Shown in pieces: positions 1 through 9,632 of a DNA stretch of 64,000 nt. Both the position numbers and the translations under genes were made by a program. Position 1 is the stretch's first letter; each line of letters starts with the position of its first letter. Under the pieces are notes generated by a model. It had not been told where the DNA came from. It did not search any database and saw nothing but the letters and a program-made list of their open reading frames with translations. The stretch comes from Escherichia phage SP15: sequence record AP019559, one strand, 5' to 3'.

Positions 1-159
1 TTTCCAAGCTAGACGTTTAGTGGTTACGGCAGGGAACCCCTCACGTAGATCGAACTTAGCATAGGAATCAAAAATTGAAACTGTGCCTGTTCCTGTACGA
101 TCATTACGTGGTTCGCCTAGTAGAATTACATCTGTTAGAATTTTTAAATATTGTTGCAT
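1..159 (-). CDS. thyA: Thymidylate synthase, N-terminal 53 codons (gene continues beyond window start)
   Basis: Reverse-complement translation MQQYLKILTDVILLGEPRNDRTGTGTVSIFDSYAKFDLREGFPAVTTKRLAW matches the ThyA N-terminal signature (NDRTGTGT, FPxxTTKR); start ATG overlaps frd stop (TAATG). Confidence 0.85.
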   Translation of the reverse strand, partial: MQQYLKILTDVILLGEPRNDRTGTGTVSIFDSYAKFDLREGFPAVTTKRLAWK

Positions 160-692
160 TAATAAGTAACCAATTCCTGTACAAATCGCAGGCTGTTATC
201 ACTGTTTGCGCCAGTTGCGTAAACTAAACGAGTAGATTCATAGTTGTAATCTAGAATCGTATTATCCAGATGTACATCTGCCTCTAGTTTTTGATTACTA
301 AAGATTGTGGATACAAAAGCACTTTCGATATGTCCATGAATGTACATTTCGTACAGTAATGTTGCGCCACCTAAAACCACTGTCTGTTGATCTTTTAAGA
401 ATGTAGGTAATGTATCCCCAATCTTAGAAATTGGAGTGTAAATATCATGTGTAATATCGTCTGGCAGTGGACGATCAGCACGAATAAATAGGTCAGAAGC
501 TCCAATCATACGTTCTCTAACGGCGTATGGAAGAGCTAAATAAGTACCCGCACCAATGATGATGTTATCTGGATTCAACACGTCCAGTTGAGAATAGAAA
601 GCATCTAGTTCTTCTTTGAAGGAACCCCATGGAAGTTTACCACGGAGGCCGAACTCTCCATTCGGCCCAACTGCGTACATTGCTGTAATCAT
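159..692 (-). CDS. frd: Dihydrofolate reductase
   Basis: 177 aa; N-terminal GxxGxLPW motif and C-terminal VLGGATLLY pattern typical of DHFR; adjacent to thyA and nrdB. Confidence 0.8.
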   Translation of the reverse strand: MITAMYAVGPNGEFGLRGKLPWGSFKEELDAFYSQLDVLNPDNIIIGAGTYLALPYAVRERMIGASDLFIRADRPLPDDITHDIYTPISKIGDTLPTFLKDQQTVVLGGATLLYEMYIHGHIESAFVSTIFSNQKLEADVHLDNTILDYNYESTRLVYATGANSDNSLRFVQELVTY

Positions 693-1834
693 AAGAAATC
701 TCCAAATTCATTACCCAGATCTTTCAGAGTATCAGTAGAGGTCTCAGTTACCTGACCTACACGGTAAGCTGCACCAATCTGGATTTCTTGTGGAGCAGGC
801 TGTAAAGAAGTGGTATCCAACCAGTTCATGATCCACGGAATAGGGTTTTTGGTGATTACTGGTAAATGACTAGGCCATTCTACACCAATGTGCATAAATG
901 CATTACGCCCCACAAAGTACAGATATTCTTCTAGAAGTTCTGCATTCAAGCCAATCAGACTACGACCTTTGAAAATGAAATGACCCCATTCAATTTCAGT
1001 TTTCAGAGTTTTCAGGAGCTGTGCTGGTGCTTTAGCCACTGCTTCATCTACCAGATCTTTGTCAAACTGCTGGAACATAATCTGGATGATTGTTTTAGAC
1101 ATCTGAGTATGTAGGGCTTCATCTTTAGCAATCAATTGCAGATTTTTAGCAATACCTTGCAGAATATCGTTCTCTGCTAACGCAAAGGTACATGCAAAGG
1201 ATGCGTAAAACTGCATTGCTTCCAGACCATAGATAGCAAAGTAAGCGTCTAATAGTTTAGCCTGAGTTTCACGTTTAACTTCAGGGAACTCCGTTTCTGG
1301 GTATGTATTGTCGCCACGATGATCGCGTACTGCGATGAAATACTGACCTAACTGGTATAGTTCATCGAATAGTTCAACAGAATCAGCGATGCGTGCGAAT
1401 GCTTCTTGGTTTTTGGTTACAGAATCAATAAATTCTGCTGGATCAGTCAGAACATTACGAATAATATTGCTATAAGCACGACTATGCAGGTCTTCAAAAT
1501 AGCTCCACTGTTTGAGCATACCTTCCAATTCTGGACGACTTACAAGCGGCATAATAGCTGCTTCAGGGGCACGACTGATAAAGGAATCAGTTTGAGTCTG
1601 CCATGCTAAGTTCAGGAGTGTAATTTCCTGAATTTCACGCGGGAGATTAGGCCATTGTTTCTTATCTGCTTCCAGACTGATTTCAGTTTCAGTCCAAAAT
1701 TGAGAACGTTGCAGAAGTGCCAGACGTTCTAGTTCTGGATGTGCTACACGTACATAATCTGCGATACCGAGAGAATCTCCCAGGAAAAGGTCAGCGTTAG
1801 TATGATCCCAATTCAGGTTTAGTAAAGTAGTCAT
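689..1834 (-). CDS. nrdB: Ribonucleotide reductase class Ia small subunit
   Basis: 381 aa; FYASFACTFALAE and EALH diiron/tyrosyl-radical region. Confidence 0.9.
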   Translation of the reverse strand: MTTLLNLNWDHTNADLFLGDSLGIADYVRVAHPELERLALLQRSQFWTETEISLEADKKQWPNLPREIQEITLLNLAWQTQTDSFISRAPEAAIMPLVSRPELEGMLKQWSYFEDLHSRAYSNIIRNVLTDPAEFIDSVTKNQEAFARIADSVELFDELYQLGQYFIAVRDHRGDNTYPETEFPEVKRETQAKLLDAYFAIYGLEAMQFYASFACTFALAENDILQGIAKNLQLIAKDEALHTQMSKTIIQIMFQQFDKDLVDEAVAKAPAQLLKTLKTEIEWGHFIFKGRSLIGLNAELLEEYLYFVGRNAFMHIGVEWPSHLPVITKNPIPWIMNWLDTTSLQPAPQEIQIGAAYRVGQVTETSTDTLKDLGNEFGDFL

Positions 1835-1940
1835 TGATTTTCCTCTTTCTCACTATTTCAGGAATATTATAGCAAATCTGATAGCGATTAGCAAGTAAAA
1901 TTTCAAAGAAAAAGGAGACCCGAAGATCTCCTTGTTTTTA

Positions 1941-4376
1941 TTAAATAGTACAACCACCTGATGCACAACCGGCTGCTTCTTCTCCAGCACCACCACCATT
2001 TGCGGTGTTGAAGTTAGCATAATACCAAGTTTTCCACCCGTATTTAACAGCAGTCATGAAATCACGAACTACTACTGGGCCAGGAATAATTTCATTCTCA
2101 AACTTGGTGTAGTCGTAGTACATATTCGTACTGATAGACTGACTGAAGAATTTCTGCATAGTTGCTACCCATTTGATCCACTCGATACGATCTACATCAT
2201 AAGCCAGTTTATAGCTCATTAAAGTTTCCCAATCGGTTGCACCTGGAGCAATTGCAATTACTTTATTCACTGCACTACCCTTGATAGACACAATCTTACG
2301 AGGTGGTTCAATAGAGTTAGTAACCCCTAACAGAACGGAAGAACTTTCTCCCGGCATCTGCGCAGTCAGAACAGAGTTACGCATACCATATTTCAGAATA
2401 TCTGCACGTAGAGACTCCCAATCCATTTCTAGACCTACGGATACCAGTTCATCAACAGTTTTCTTGTATGTGTCGATTACCAGAATTCCTTTAGATGGTT
2501 TAGTACGATCAAACCACTCACATGCACCCTGTTCTTTAGCTAGGCGTACAGAGGCTTTATGCAGGAAGTAAGACAGTTTTTCAGCCTCACGGTGAATCCA
2601 GTTACGGGCTTCAATACCTTCATAAGCCAGACCTTCTGCTGCCATTGCACCTGCTGCGTTCATCAGGCCAATACCAACATTACGACGTTTCTTAGCCGTA
2701 TATTCCATAGTTGGGAACGGATAATCCTGAATTTCAATAATTGTATCAACGAATTTCAGGAGGATGTAGCAAGTTTTTTCCCACTCAGCCAGAGATTCCA
2801 TGCGTCCAAGTACAACACCACCTAAGTTACATAGAGATACTTCACCAATATCCTCCGGCTTCATTTGATCAAGTTGTTCTTTTGTTTTATACAGTTCCGT
2901 GATATGGTGGAACGGGCGTGTAGGCTGAGTAATCTCAACACAAAGGTTTGTCATACGGATCGGATCAAGGAAATTACCGTGACGATTAGATTCCCCGATG
3001 TGATGCGCATACATACGTCCTGTTTCCATTCGGATACGTAGCCAAGTATCTAGGATTTCTTTTGCAGAGACTTTAGGAGCTGCTGGAACTGTTTTTCCTT
3101 CGTGGTCGATCTTTGTAAGAGATGCCACACGTTTCTCCGCTGCCACGTAGATTTCTTCAAATTTAGCCTCGTCATCACTATAAAACGCTTCATGAACTTC
3201 TGGAGCATAGAAGTATGACATTAGCGTAATATCTTCGTTTTTAAGATAACGTTTTAACAAAAGATTGTTGAAGCTCAGAGAATAATCCATCTTATCGATT
3301 TTATTCTCATCTGTAGCACGTTGTTGCTTAACCTGCATCAATTGAATGATTTCAGGGTCGAAGTATGGATAAGATACTGTAGCAGAACCACCACGAGTTT
3401 GCTGAGTATTGGCCTTTACTGAGCGGTCAATGTGTCGATAATATGGCAGTTTTCCGGAATGCGGGAATGCCCCATTTCGCACCGGATCAGCAATTGATCG
3501 GCTTTCAAGATGATACCCGATTCCCGCTCTGGCTGCGACCATTTTGAAGACGATGTGCTCGGCGGTGTCGATTGAATCCAACGTGTCAGTGGAATCCACG
3601 AGACAGCAACTAGCAAATCCACGGTCACTAGAGCGCAGACCAACCAGTGGCGGCGTAGGAACGTTGATTTTGTGGAGTGACATTGCGTTGTAGAGGTCGA
3701 TTGCATCTAGAATTGTCCAGTTAGGTTGAGAAAGCATCGCCATTGCCATACCCATGTAGGCAAACTGCGGGGTTTCATAAATTTCACCAGTGGCTATATT
3801 ACGACGGGAATACTTATCAAAGAACTGCTTCAGCCCACCACTAGTAAAAAGACGGTCACGATCATGGTCGATAACCTGATTCAGAGCCTCAAATTGCTCA
3901 TCGGTAATCCATGCACTCATGTCTTCCCATGCACCTACGCTAACCATGTGGTCATGGAAGAAGCGTAGAGAAGGCGGTTCGAAAGAGTCATAAAGGCGTT
4001 TACGCATTTGCGCAAGACGTAATTCCTTTGCTGGCACATCGTATGCTGGGTTATCTTTGATAAGACTTTCAGCAGCTTTAATTAATGCGTCCATCAGAGT
4101 GTCGGAATCTACAACCCCTTTAGGTAGAGTTTTTTGAGCAGCCATAGTAATGGCGGACCAACTTACATCAACTGTTTTGCAACCATACTCTGCCCAACCA
4201 TTGAGTTTTTCAGGAGCAAAGTCTTCTACAGTACCGTCACGTTTAATTACTTTTTCAATGCGATGGCTCATTTGGCTTTCCTTTTTATAGTTATCAGGAT
4301 TTAAGGAATATTTTACTTTATTATCGGTCATTAGGCAAATAAAATTTTCTGATAGAAAAGGCCCGAGTATTTTCAT
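1941..4376 (-). CDS. nrdA: Ribonucleotide reductase class Ia large subunit
   Basis: 811 aa; N-terminal ATP-cone, active-site NLCVEITQPT, C-terminal Cys pair (CASGGC); exact start uncertain. Confidence 0.9.
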   Translation of the reverse strand: MKILGPFLSENFICLMTDNKVKYSLNPDNYKKESQMSHRIEKVIKRDGTVEDFAPEKLNGWAEYGCKTVDVSWSAITMAAQKTLPKGVVDSDTLMDALIKAAESLIKDNPAYDVPAKELRLAQMRKRLYDSFEPPSLRFFHDHMVSVGAWEDMSAWITDEQFEALNQVIDHDRDRLFTSGGLKQFFDKYSRRNIATGEIYETPQFAYMGMAMAMLSQPNWTILDAIDLYNAMSLHKINVPTPPLVGLRSSDRGFASCCLVDSTDTLDSIDTAEHIVFKMVAARAGIGYHLESRSIADPVRNGAFPHSGKLPYYRHIDRSVKANTQQTRGGSATVSYPYFDPEIIQLMQVKQQRATDENKIDKMDYSLSFNNLLLKRYLKNEDITLMSYFYAPEVHEAFYSDDEAKFEEIYVAAEKRVASLTKIDHEGKTVPAAPKVSAKEILDTWLRIRMETGRMYAHHIGESNRHGNFLDPIRMTNLCVEITQPTRPFHHITELYKTKEQLDQMKPEDIGEVSLCNLGGVVLGRMESLAEWEKTCYILLKFVDTIIEIQDYPFPTMEYTAKKRRNVGIGLMNAAGAMAAEGLAYEGIEARNWIHREAEKLSYFLHKASVRLAKEQGACEWFDRTKPSKGILVIDTYKKTVDELVSVGLEMDWESLRADILKYGMRNSVLTAQMPGESSSVLLGVTNSIEPPRKIVSIKGSAVNKVIAIAPGATDWETLMSYKLAYDVDRIEWIKWVATMQKFFSQSISTNMYYDYTKFENEIIPGPVVVRDFMTAVKYGWKTWYYANFNTANGGGAGEEAAGCASGGCTI

Positions 4377-4413
4377 ACCCAGGCCCTGTATATTACCAGT
4401 CTAGCTTTTTAGC

Positions 4414-4635
4414 TTATTCAATTACTTTAGCTCTAGCTACTTCTTTTAATAGAATATCTATGGAGGTGCTCAGCTCGTTATAATTGAATGGTTTATTTGG
4501 ATTTGAGGTTACAATTTTCCACGCTAGGGTTGTCTTAGGACTTTCTTCCCCTTCCTTACGTGTAATCATATTAGCAGCACTCAGTGAAGTACGATGTATT
4601 TTAGTTTTACGGCTCAGATGAACGACGTTTCCCAT
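4414..4635 (-). CDS. Hypothetical small protein immediately downstream of phoH
   Basis: ATG overlaps phoH stop (TAATATG); basic 73-aa product; no recognisable motif. Confidence 0.3.
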   Translation of the reverse strand: MGNVVHLSRKTKIHRTSLSAANMITRKEGEESPKTTLAWKIVTSNPNKPFNYNELSTSIDILLKEVARAKVIE

Positions 4636-4636
4636 A

Positions 4637-5389
4637 TTACACCTTCCCCATGTCTTTAAAGATGTCATAGAATGCTTTAGACTCAACAGAACGAACGTTA
4701 TCCATCAATTCGATCATTGAGAATGGGGCATTTTCGTATTTCTCATAGACTTCCATAAGGAGTGCTAGACCTGAGTCACCTTTAATGTCTTTCTGAGCTA
4801 TATCTCCGCAGATAATTAAACGGCAGTCTTGTCCTACACGAGTTAGGAGACAAATCATTGCCTCAACGGAAATATTCTGAGCTTCATCGACAATTACATA
4901 GGAGTTGTTGAAAGTTCTGCCACGAGCATGTTCGATAGCCAAAAATTTAATTTTCTGACGTTCGACATATCCCTTATAGGCATGTTCGCCGATGGCCCAT
5001 TTCATACCATCAGCTATTGGCTCCAACCAAGGCTCTAGCTTTTCTGCTAGATCACCAGGAAGCATACCAAGAGACTTACCTAGAGGTTCATTAGGACGTA
5101 CGAGGATCACTTGCTCAATATCTGAGTGAATGTCTACGAGTTCCTGAGCTGCAAGAACGGACGGAATAAAGGTTTTACCAGTACCTGGCTCACCGATACC
5201 CACAGTCACTGTGTTGTTCTTGATCATATTGATATATGATTTTTGCTCGCGGTTTTTACCTACTAGGGATTTAGCAACTGGGTTAGCGTAATCATTAGAA
5301 AAATCAGCCTGAATTACGTTATTCTCATACTTGTTGCCACGCTTTCTTGAACCATTGCGGTTCTCTCTTTTTTGACGTGCTTTTCCCAT
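4637..5389 (-). CDS. phoH: PhoH-like ATPase
   Basis: Walker A GEPGTGKTF, Walker B IVDEAQN; start placed at ATG preceded by AGGAG. Confidence 0.85.
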   Translation of the reverse strand: MGKARQKRENRNGSRKRGNKYENNVIQADFSNDYANPVAKSLVGKNREQKSYINMIKNNTVTVGIGEPGTGKTFIPSVLAAQELVDIHSDIEQVILVRPNEPLGKSLGMLPGDLAEKLEPWLEPIADGMKWAIGEHAYKGYVERQKIKFLAIEHARGRTFNNSYVIVDEAQNISVEAMICLLTRVGQDCRLIICGDIAQKDIKGDSGLALLMEVYEKYENAPFSMIELMDNVRSVESKAFYDIFKDMGKV

Positions 5390-5683
5390 AAATAACACTC
5401 CTATAGTGTACTTCGCTAACAGAGGATCAACAAAAAGATCTTGTTTATCAACTTACAAATATATTATACCAATATATACAGTAAAAAGCAACTACAATTT
5501 TAAATAAGCCTATGATATTGCATTTAAATAAAAAATTTGCTTGCTTTTAACGTGAGATGTGTGATACTAGATAATCATTTTATATCGCGTGCACGAGTGC
5601 GTGATTATACAATTTTTAATAGAGATTGGCAAATAAAATTTTTTGACTCAGATCATGTTACAGAACTTTATAGTAAAATATTG

Positions 5684-5712
5684 TTGACATCCGCCCTCGA
5701 ATGAGTTATAAT
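5684..5712 (+). promoter_or_regulatory. Sigma70-type promoter upstream of nrdD (TTGACA, 17-nt spacer, TATAAT)
   Basis: Perfect -35/-10 consensus with 17-nt spacer about 30 nt before the nrdD RBS. Confidence 0.6.
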
Positions 5713-5741
5713 AGTAGTCTTAGTTAGAGAAGGAGAGTATA

Positions 5742-7616
5742 ATGAATCGCAATGAAGAACTGAAGTATAAAGAAATGCAGGCGTTAATTAGAAACTGCAA
5801 AGAGATTATCGAAGGGTCAGCAGATGAAGAGCTGCTGTTTAATAATGCCAATAAACCCTCAGAACGTTTCCCTACACAAAGGGATATGCTTGCAGGTGAG
5901 TTGAGTAAGTATCTAATTCTAGAAGAAATGCCAATTCAGATTCGAAATGCTCATATGATTGGGGATATTCATTTCCATGATGCTGATTATGCTGCATTAG
6001 GCATGACTAACTGTTGCCTGGTAGCTCTGGAAGATATGTTGAAGAATGGTATGAAGGTTGGTAATGCTGAAATTAGCACTCCAAACTCTATCACTACTGC
6101 GGCGGCTATCACTGCTCAGATTATCACTCAAGTTAGCTCCCATCAGTATGGCGGTACTTCTGTAGATCGCCTTGATGAAGTATTAGCCCCTTATGTTCGT
6201 AAATCCTATGACAAAAATCATGCGTTTGCAAAACGTTGGACTAAGGATGAAGCCAAAGCATCCGTAATGGCTACGGAGATGACTGAAAAAGAAGTCTATG
6301 ATGCTTGTCAGGGTCTAGAGTATGAAATCAATACGATGTTCAACTCTAATGGTCAGAGTCCGTTTATTACCTTTGGCTTTGGTCTGGGAACTTCTTGGGA
6401 GGCACGTCTAGTACAGAAAGCAATACTGAAAGTACGTATGGATGGTTTAGGTATCAATAAACGTACAGCTATCTTCCCGAAACTGGTATTTGTGCTTCGT
6501 GATGGCGTAAATATGAAACCAGGAGATGTTAATTATGACATCAAGAAGTTAGCTATGAAATGTACTGCTGAACGTATGTATCCAGATTATATCAGCTATG
6601 ACAAAGTTGTAGAAGTTACTGGAGACTACAAAGTTTCTATGGGCTGCCGTTCATTCCTAGCTGCTACAGAAGATGGTGAAACTGCCGGTCGTAATAACTT
6701 AGGTGTTGTTTCTGTAAACTTGCCTAGAATTGCTATCGAAGCTGAAGGAAATATTGACCTATTCTTTGATTTGCTTGAGCTACGTGTGGATACAGCGTTA
6801 AAAGCATTGGAGTGGAGAGTTGATCGCTTAAAATACATTCAAGCTAAAGCTGCGCCCATCCTCTATATGTCAGGAGCCTTTGGACTGCGCTTGGAGCCTG
6901 ATGAATATGTATTCGATCATTTCTATAACCGTGCTTCTGTATCTCTAGGGTATATTGGTTGCCATGAAATGCTACAGTTCATGTTTGGCAAAGATGTAGA
7001 CACAATGTCCGAGACCTGCATCAAGTTTGTTCAGCGTGTATTGCAGTACATGCGGGATAGAGTAGATCAGAAGAAGGAAGAAACTAAGTTAGGTTATAGC
7101 CTGTATGCTACACCATCAGAGTCCCTGTGTGACCGTTTTTGTCGTCTAGACCGTGAATATTTCCCGGAGCATGAAGATATTCTGTCCAAAGGATACTACA
7201 CTAACTCTCACCACCTTGATGTGGAACGTAAAGTTGCTCCTAACGTCAAATTTGATTATGAGTCTAACTTTACTCCTATTGCTTCTGGTGGGTGCATCTC
7301 CTATGTAGAATTACCGGATATGAAACGATTCCCAGATGCACTGGAATGGGTTATTAATTATGCTGCTAGTAAGGTTCATTACTTCGGTATTAATACTCCA
7401 GTGGATTCTTGTGGTAAATGTGGATTCTTAGGTGAAACAATAGCATCCGAAGATGGATTTAAGTGCCCTATCTGTGGTAATCATGACCCCGAAACTCTTG
7501 AAGTAACTCGCCGAGTTTGTGGGTATCTTGGAAATCCAGGTGCTCGTCCATTTAACCCCGGCAAACAGCACGAGGTGATGGGTAGAGTTAAGCATCAGGA
7601 TATTCGAGCTAAGTAA
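5742..7616 (+). CDS. nrdD: Anaerobic ribonucleoside-triphosphate reductase (class III)
   Basis: 624 aa; C-terminal zinc ribbon CGKCGF...CPICG and glycyl-radical motif RVCGYLG. Confidence 0.85.
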   Translation: MNRNEELKYKEMQALIRNCKEIIEGSADEELLFNNANKPSERFPTQRDMLAGELSKYLILEEMPIQIRNAHMIGDIHFHDADYAALGMTNCCLVALEDMLKNGMKVGNAEISTPNSITTAAAITAQIITQVSSHQYGGTSVDRLDEVLAPYVRKSYDKNHAFAKRWTKDEAKASVMATEMTEKEVYDACQGLEYEINTMFNSNGQSPFITFGFGLGTSWEARLVQKAILKVRMDGLGINKRTAIFPKLVFVLRDGVNMKPGDVNYDIKKLAMKCTAERMYPDYISYDKVVEVTGDYKVSMGCRSFLAATEDGETAGRNNLGVVSVNLPRIAIEAEGNIDLFFDLLELRVDTALKALEWRVDRLKYIQAKAAPILYMSGAFGLRLEPDEYVFDHFYNRASVSLGYIGCHEMLQFMFGKDVDTMSETCIKFVQRVLQYMRDRVDQKKEETKLGYSLYATPSESLCDRFCRLDREYFPEHEDILSKGYYTNSHHLDVERKVAPNVKFDYESNFTPIASGGCISYVELPDMKRFPDALEWVINYAASKVHYFGINTPVDSCGKCGFLGETIASEDGFKCPICGNHDPETLEVTRRVCGYLGNPGARPFNPGKQHEVMGRVKHQDIRAK

Positions 7617-7621
7617 GATAA

Positions 7622-7660
7622 TCAGCCGGGTTGCTAGTCGACCTGGCTTTTATTTTATTT
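7622..7660 (+). terminator. Probable rho-independent terminator after nrdD
   Basis: Imperfect hairpin AGCCGG...CTGGCT followed by TTTTATTTTATTT. Confidence 0.4.
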
Positions 7661-7687
7661 GCTTTCAGCCAAAAATTTATATATAAT
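7659..7687 (+). promoter_or_regulatory. T5-type early promoter (TTGCTT, 17 nt, TATAAT) with conserved ATAAATTTGAGAGGAG leader
   Basis: Member of a reiterated promoter cassette; see findings. Confidence 0.6.
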
Positions 7688-7715
7688 AGATTTATAAATT
7701 TGAGAGGAGAAAGAT

Positions 7716-8096
7716 ATGGAATTAAAGCCCTATATAGTTGAGTCTACGTGTGGTAGTTTCCATCTGGGCGTGGATGATATTGCTGAAGCTGTCTTTGCTG
7801 CCACAGGTGATTACTCGCATATAGAGGGTGTTGCATACCCTACCATTATTGGCGATTGGGTGGGAACAAATCTAGATGTATCGCCTTATAACCCATATTG
7901 CTTGTTTGATGAAGACAGAGATGAAGTAAAATGTAATCTTGAATTTGTGTATAATAGAGTGTTAAAAGTATACCAACGTAGCCCCAATGGATACGAAGAT
8001 ATTACTTGGAGTATTAAACAGTATCTTAAAGATGTATACTCTAGTTTTTCTGACGAAGACCTAGAAACAGTTGCAGTGGAGTTTAATAATGACTAA
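7716..8096 (+). CDS. Hypothetical acidic protein
   Basis: 126-aa ORF with RBS GAGGAG downstream of promoter; no motif recognised. Confidence 0.5.
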   Translation: MELKPYIVESTCGSFHLGVDDIAEAVFAATGDYSHIEGVAYPTIIGDWVGTNLDVSPYNPYCLFDEDRDEVKCNLEFVYNRVLKVYQRSPNGYEDITWSIKQYLKDVYSSFSDEDLETVAVEFNND

Positions 8097-8295
8097 GAAT
8101 GTAAAACATCTTAAATATCGCTTAATTTATAACGGACGTATGGAAACAGAAGATCTGGCCCAGTTAGCTATTAATTCTAATGAGGTTACAGTGCGTGCGC
8201 TGGCAATTGAAAAGTTGCGTGCCTCTTATGAAAATCGTGTTATGGAACTAGAGGAGAAACTTTATGGCATTCTCGAAGCCGATGCTACCAGATAA
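8089..8295 (+). CDS. Hypothetical protein
   Basis: Small ORF whose ATG overlaps the upstream stop; coding-like composition. Confidence 0.4.
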   Translation: MTKNVKHLKYRLIYNGRMETEDLAQLAINSNEVTVRALAIEKLRASYENRVMELEEKLYGILEADATR

Positions 8296-8485
8296 GGGTT
8301 TAAACGCCGCTTTGGAAAACGCATTAATGCAGCACTGGGAAACTGGCTATAAGGATGGTGTTGAATCCTGCGCTACTATGCTAGAAGTTATTGCTAATAC
8401 CTTAATGGAGAAAGGCAATAAAGAATTAGCTGAGCTATTAGACAGTATTGGGCAAAACTTCAGAGAACAGGTGAAAAATGCGTAG
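8264..8485 (+). CDS. Hypothetical protein
   Basis: 73-aa ORF; stop overlaps start of Sir2-like gene (ATGCGTAG). Confidence 0.4.
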   Translation: MAFSKPMLPDKGLNAALENALMQHWETGYKDGVESCATMLEVIANTLMEKGNKELAELLDSIGQNFREQVKNA

Positions 8486-9296
8486 ATTAATTATTATTAG
8501 CGGTGCAGGTTTGAGTGTTGAAAGTGGTGTACGAGCTTTTCGTACTGATACTGCTAGTGGTAAAGCATTGTGGGATGATTATGATCTAGAAGAAGTATGT
8601 AATATTCATGCCTTTCGTGGTAATTTTTATCATAAAACCCATATGTTTTACAACAAGCGTCGTGAAGAGCTAAAAACTGTTGAACCTAATCTTGCTCATT
8701 TGCGTATTGGTGAGTGGTATAAACAATATCCAGGTCAAGTAGTAAACTTGACTACCAACGTTGATGACCTTATTGAGCGTGCTGGCGTTCCACATAGTGA
8801 CATTCTGCACATTCATGGGTACTTAAAAGAGGTTGTTGTGGCTGATAGTCACAATAGTAGTAATAAACGAGTTATTGATGTAGGATACAATTCTATTGAT
8901 CCAGATGACTATAAATGGGTTAAACCTAATGTAATCTTCTTTGGGGAGCATGCTCCAGCATATGCAGAAATGTACAATATTTTTGATGGTATTACCAATC
9001 AAGATATGATCATTGTGGTTGGTTGCTCTAACCAAGTAATTAACTTCTACTGGGAATTATTTCCTATTCTTAACCGTACTGCTGCCAAGCTAATGGTAGT
9101 TAACTACTATGATAGTGCCCTAGCGGCAGAACCAGGCTATCAAGGTATGACTCGTAGTGAGATGTACCAGCTGGAAGAACGCGGTATCCCTTACTGGAGT
9201 AAAGGGGCTGTAGATGCCTTCAGTGATCCTGATTTTATTGCTCGTGTAGAAGCTCATCTAGAGGGTAGACCTTATGTGTCAGGAAGTAAGAAATAA
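8478..9296 (+). CDS. Sir2-family (sirtuin/CobB-like) NAD-dependent enzyme lacking the zinc-ribbon cysteines
   Basis: Sirtuin motifs GAGLSVESGVRAFR, NLAH, TTNVDDLIERAG, ILHIHG; no CxxC...CxxC module between the catalytic His and the C-terminal Rossmann half. Confidence 0.75.
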   Translation: MRRLIIISGAGLSVESGVRAFRTDTASGKALWDDYDLEEVCNIHAFRGNFYHKTHMFYNKRREELKTVEPNLAHLRIGEWYKQYPGQVVNLTTNVDDLIERAGVPHSDILHIHGYLKEVVVADSHNSSNKRVIDVGYNSIDPDDYKWVKPNVIFFGEHAPAYAEMYNIFDGITNQDMIIVVGCSNQVINFYWELFPILNRTAAKLMVVNYYDSALAAEPGYQGMTRSEMYQLEERGIPYWSKGAVDAFSDPDFIARVEAHLEGRPYVSGSKK

Positions 9297-9459
9297 TGAA
9301 TGGGATATTTTCATAACTGAGTCTGGTACTTGGTGCTATAGATTTGCCTATAGGTTTCCTAGTGTAAGAAAACGGCTGGGGTACACATATAAAATTATCT
9401 ACACTACAGATAATATATGGTTGTCCTCTGGAGATGAGGGGAAACAGATATGTCCATAG
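9274..9459 (+). CDS. Hypothetical small protein (WCYR-motif paralog A)
   Basis: 61-aa ORF sharing DIF...G(T/S)WCYR motif with next ORF. Confidence 0.4.
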   Translation: MCQEVRNNEWDIFITESGTWCYRFAYRFPSVRKRLGYTYKIIYTTDNIWLSSGDEGKQICP

Positions 9460-9632
9460 TTAAATCTGTGTATACACATCCCGATGATATATTTGTATGG
9501 GCGGATGGTAGTTGGTGCTATCGATGTGAGCTATGGGAAATGGACTATAAATCTGATGACTATGGTGTCATATATGTTGATACGGTTGAGTATGATACGT
9601 TCTTAGAAAGGGACAAAAATGGAAATAAGTAA
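9450..9632 (+). CDS. Hypothetical small protein (WCYR-motif paralog B)
   Basis: 60-aa ORF, tandem paralog of previous. Confidence 0.4.
   Translation: MSIVKSVYTHPDDIFVWADGSWCYRCELWEMDYKSDDYGVIYVDTVEYDTFLERDKNGNK

Noticed and set aside
1406-1609. Short antisense ORFs inside long genes (e.g. 1406-1609, 2281-2571, 3726-3968, 31425-32024, 53615-54376, 47901-48101)
   Set aside because: They lie wholly within well-supported genes on the opposite strand, lack RBS, and have low-complexity or hydrophobic-random composition typical of antisense frames.
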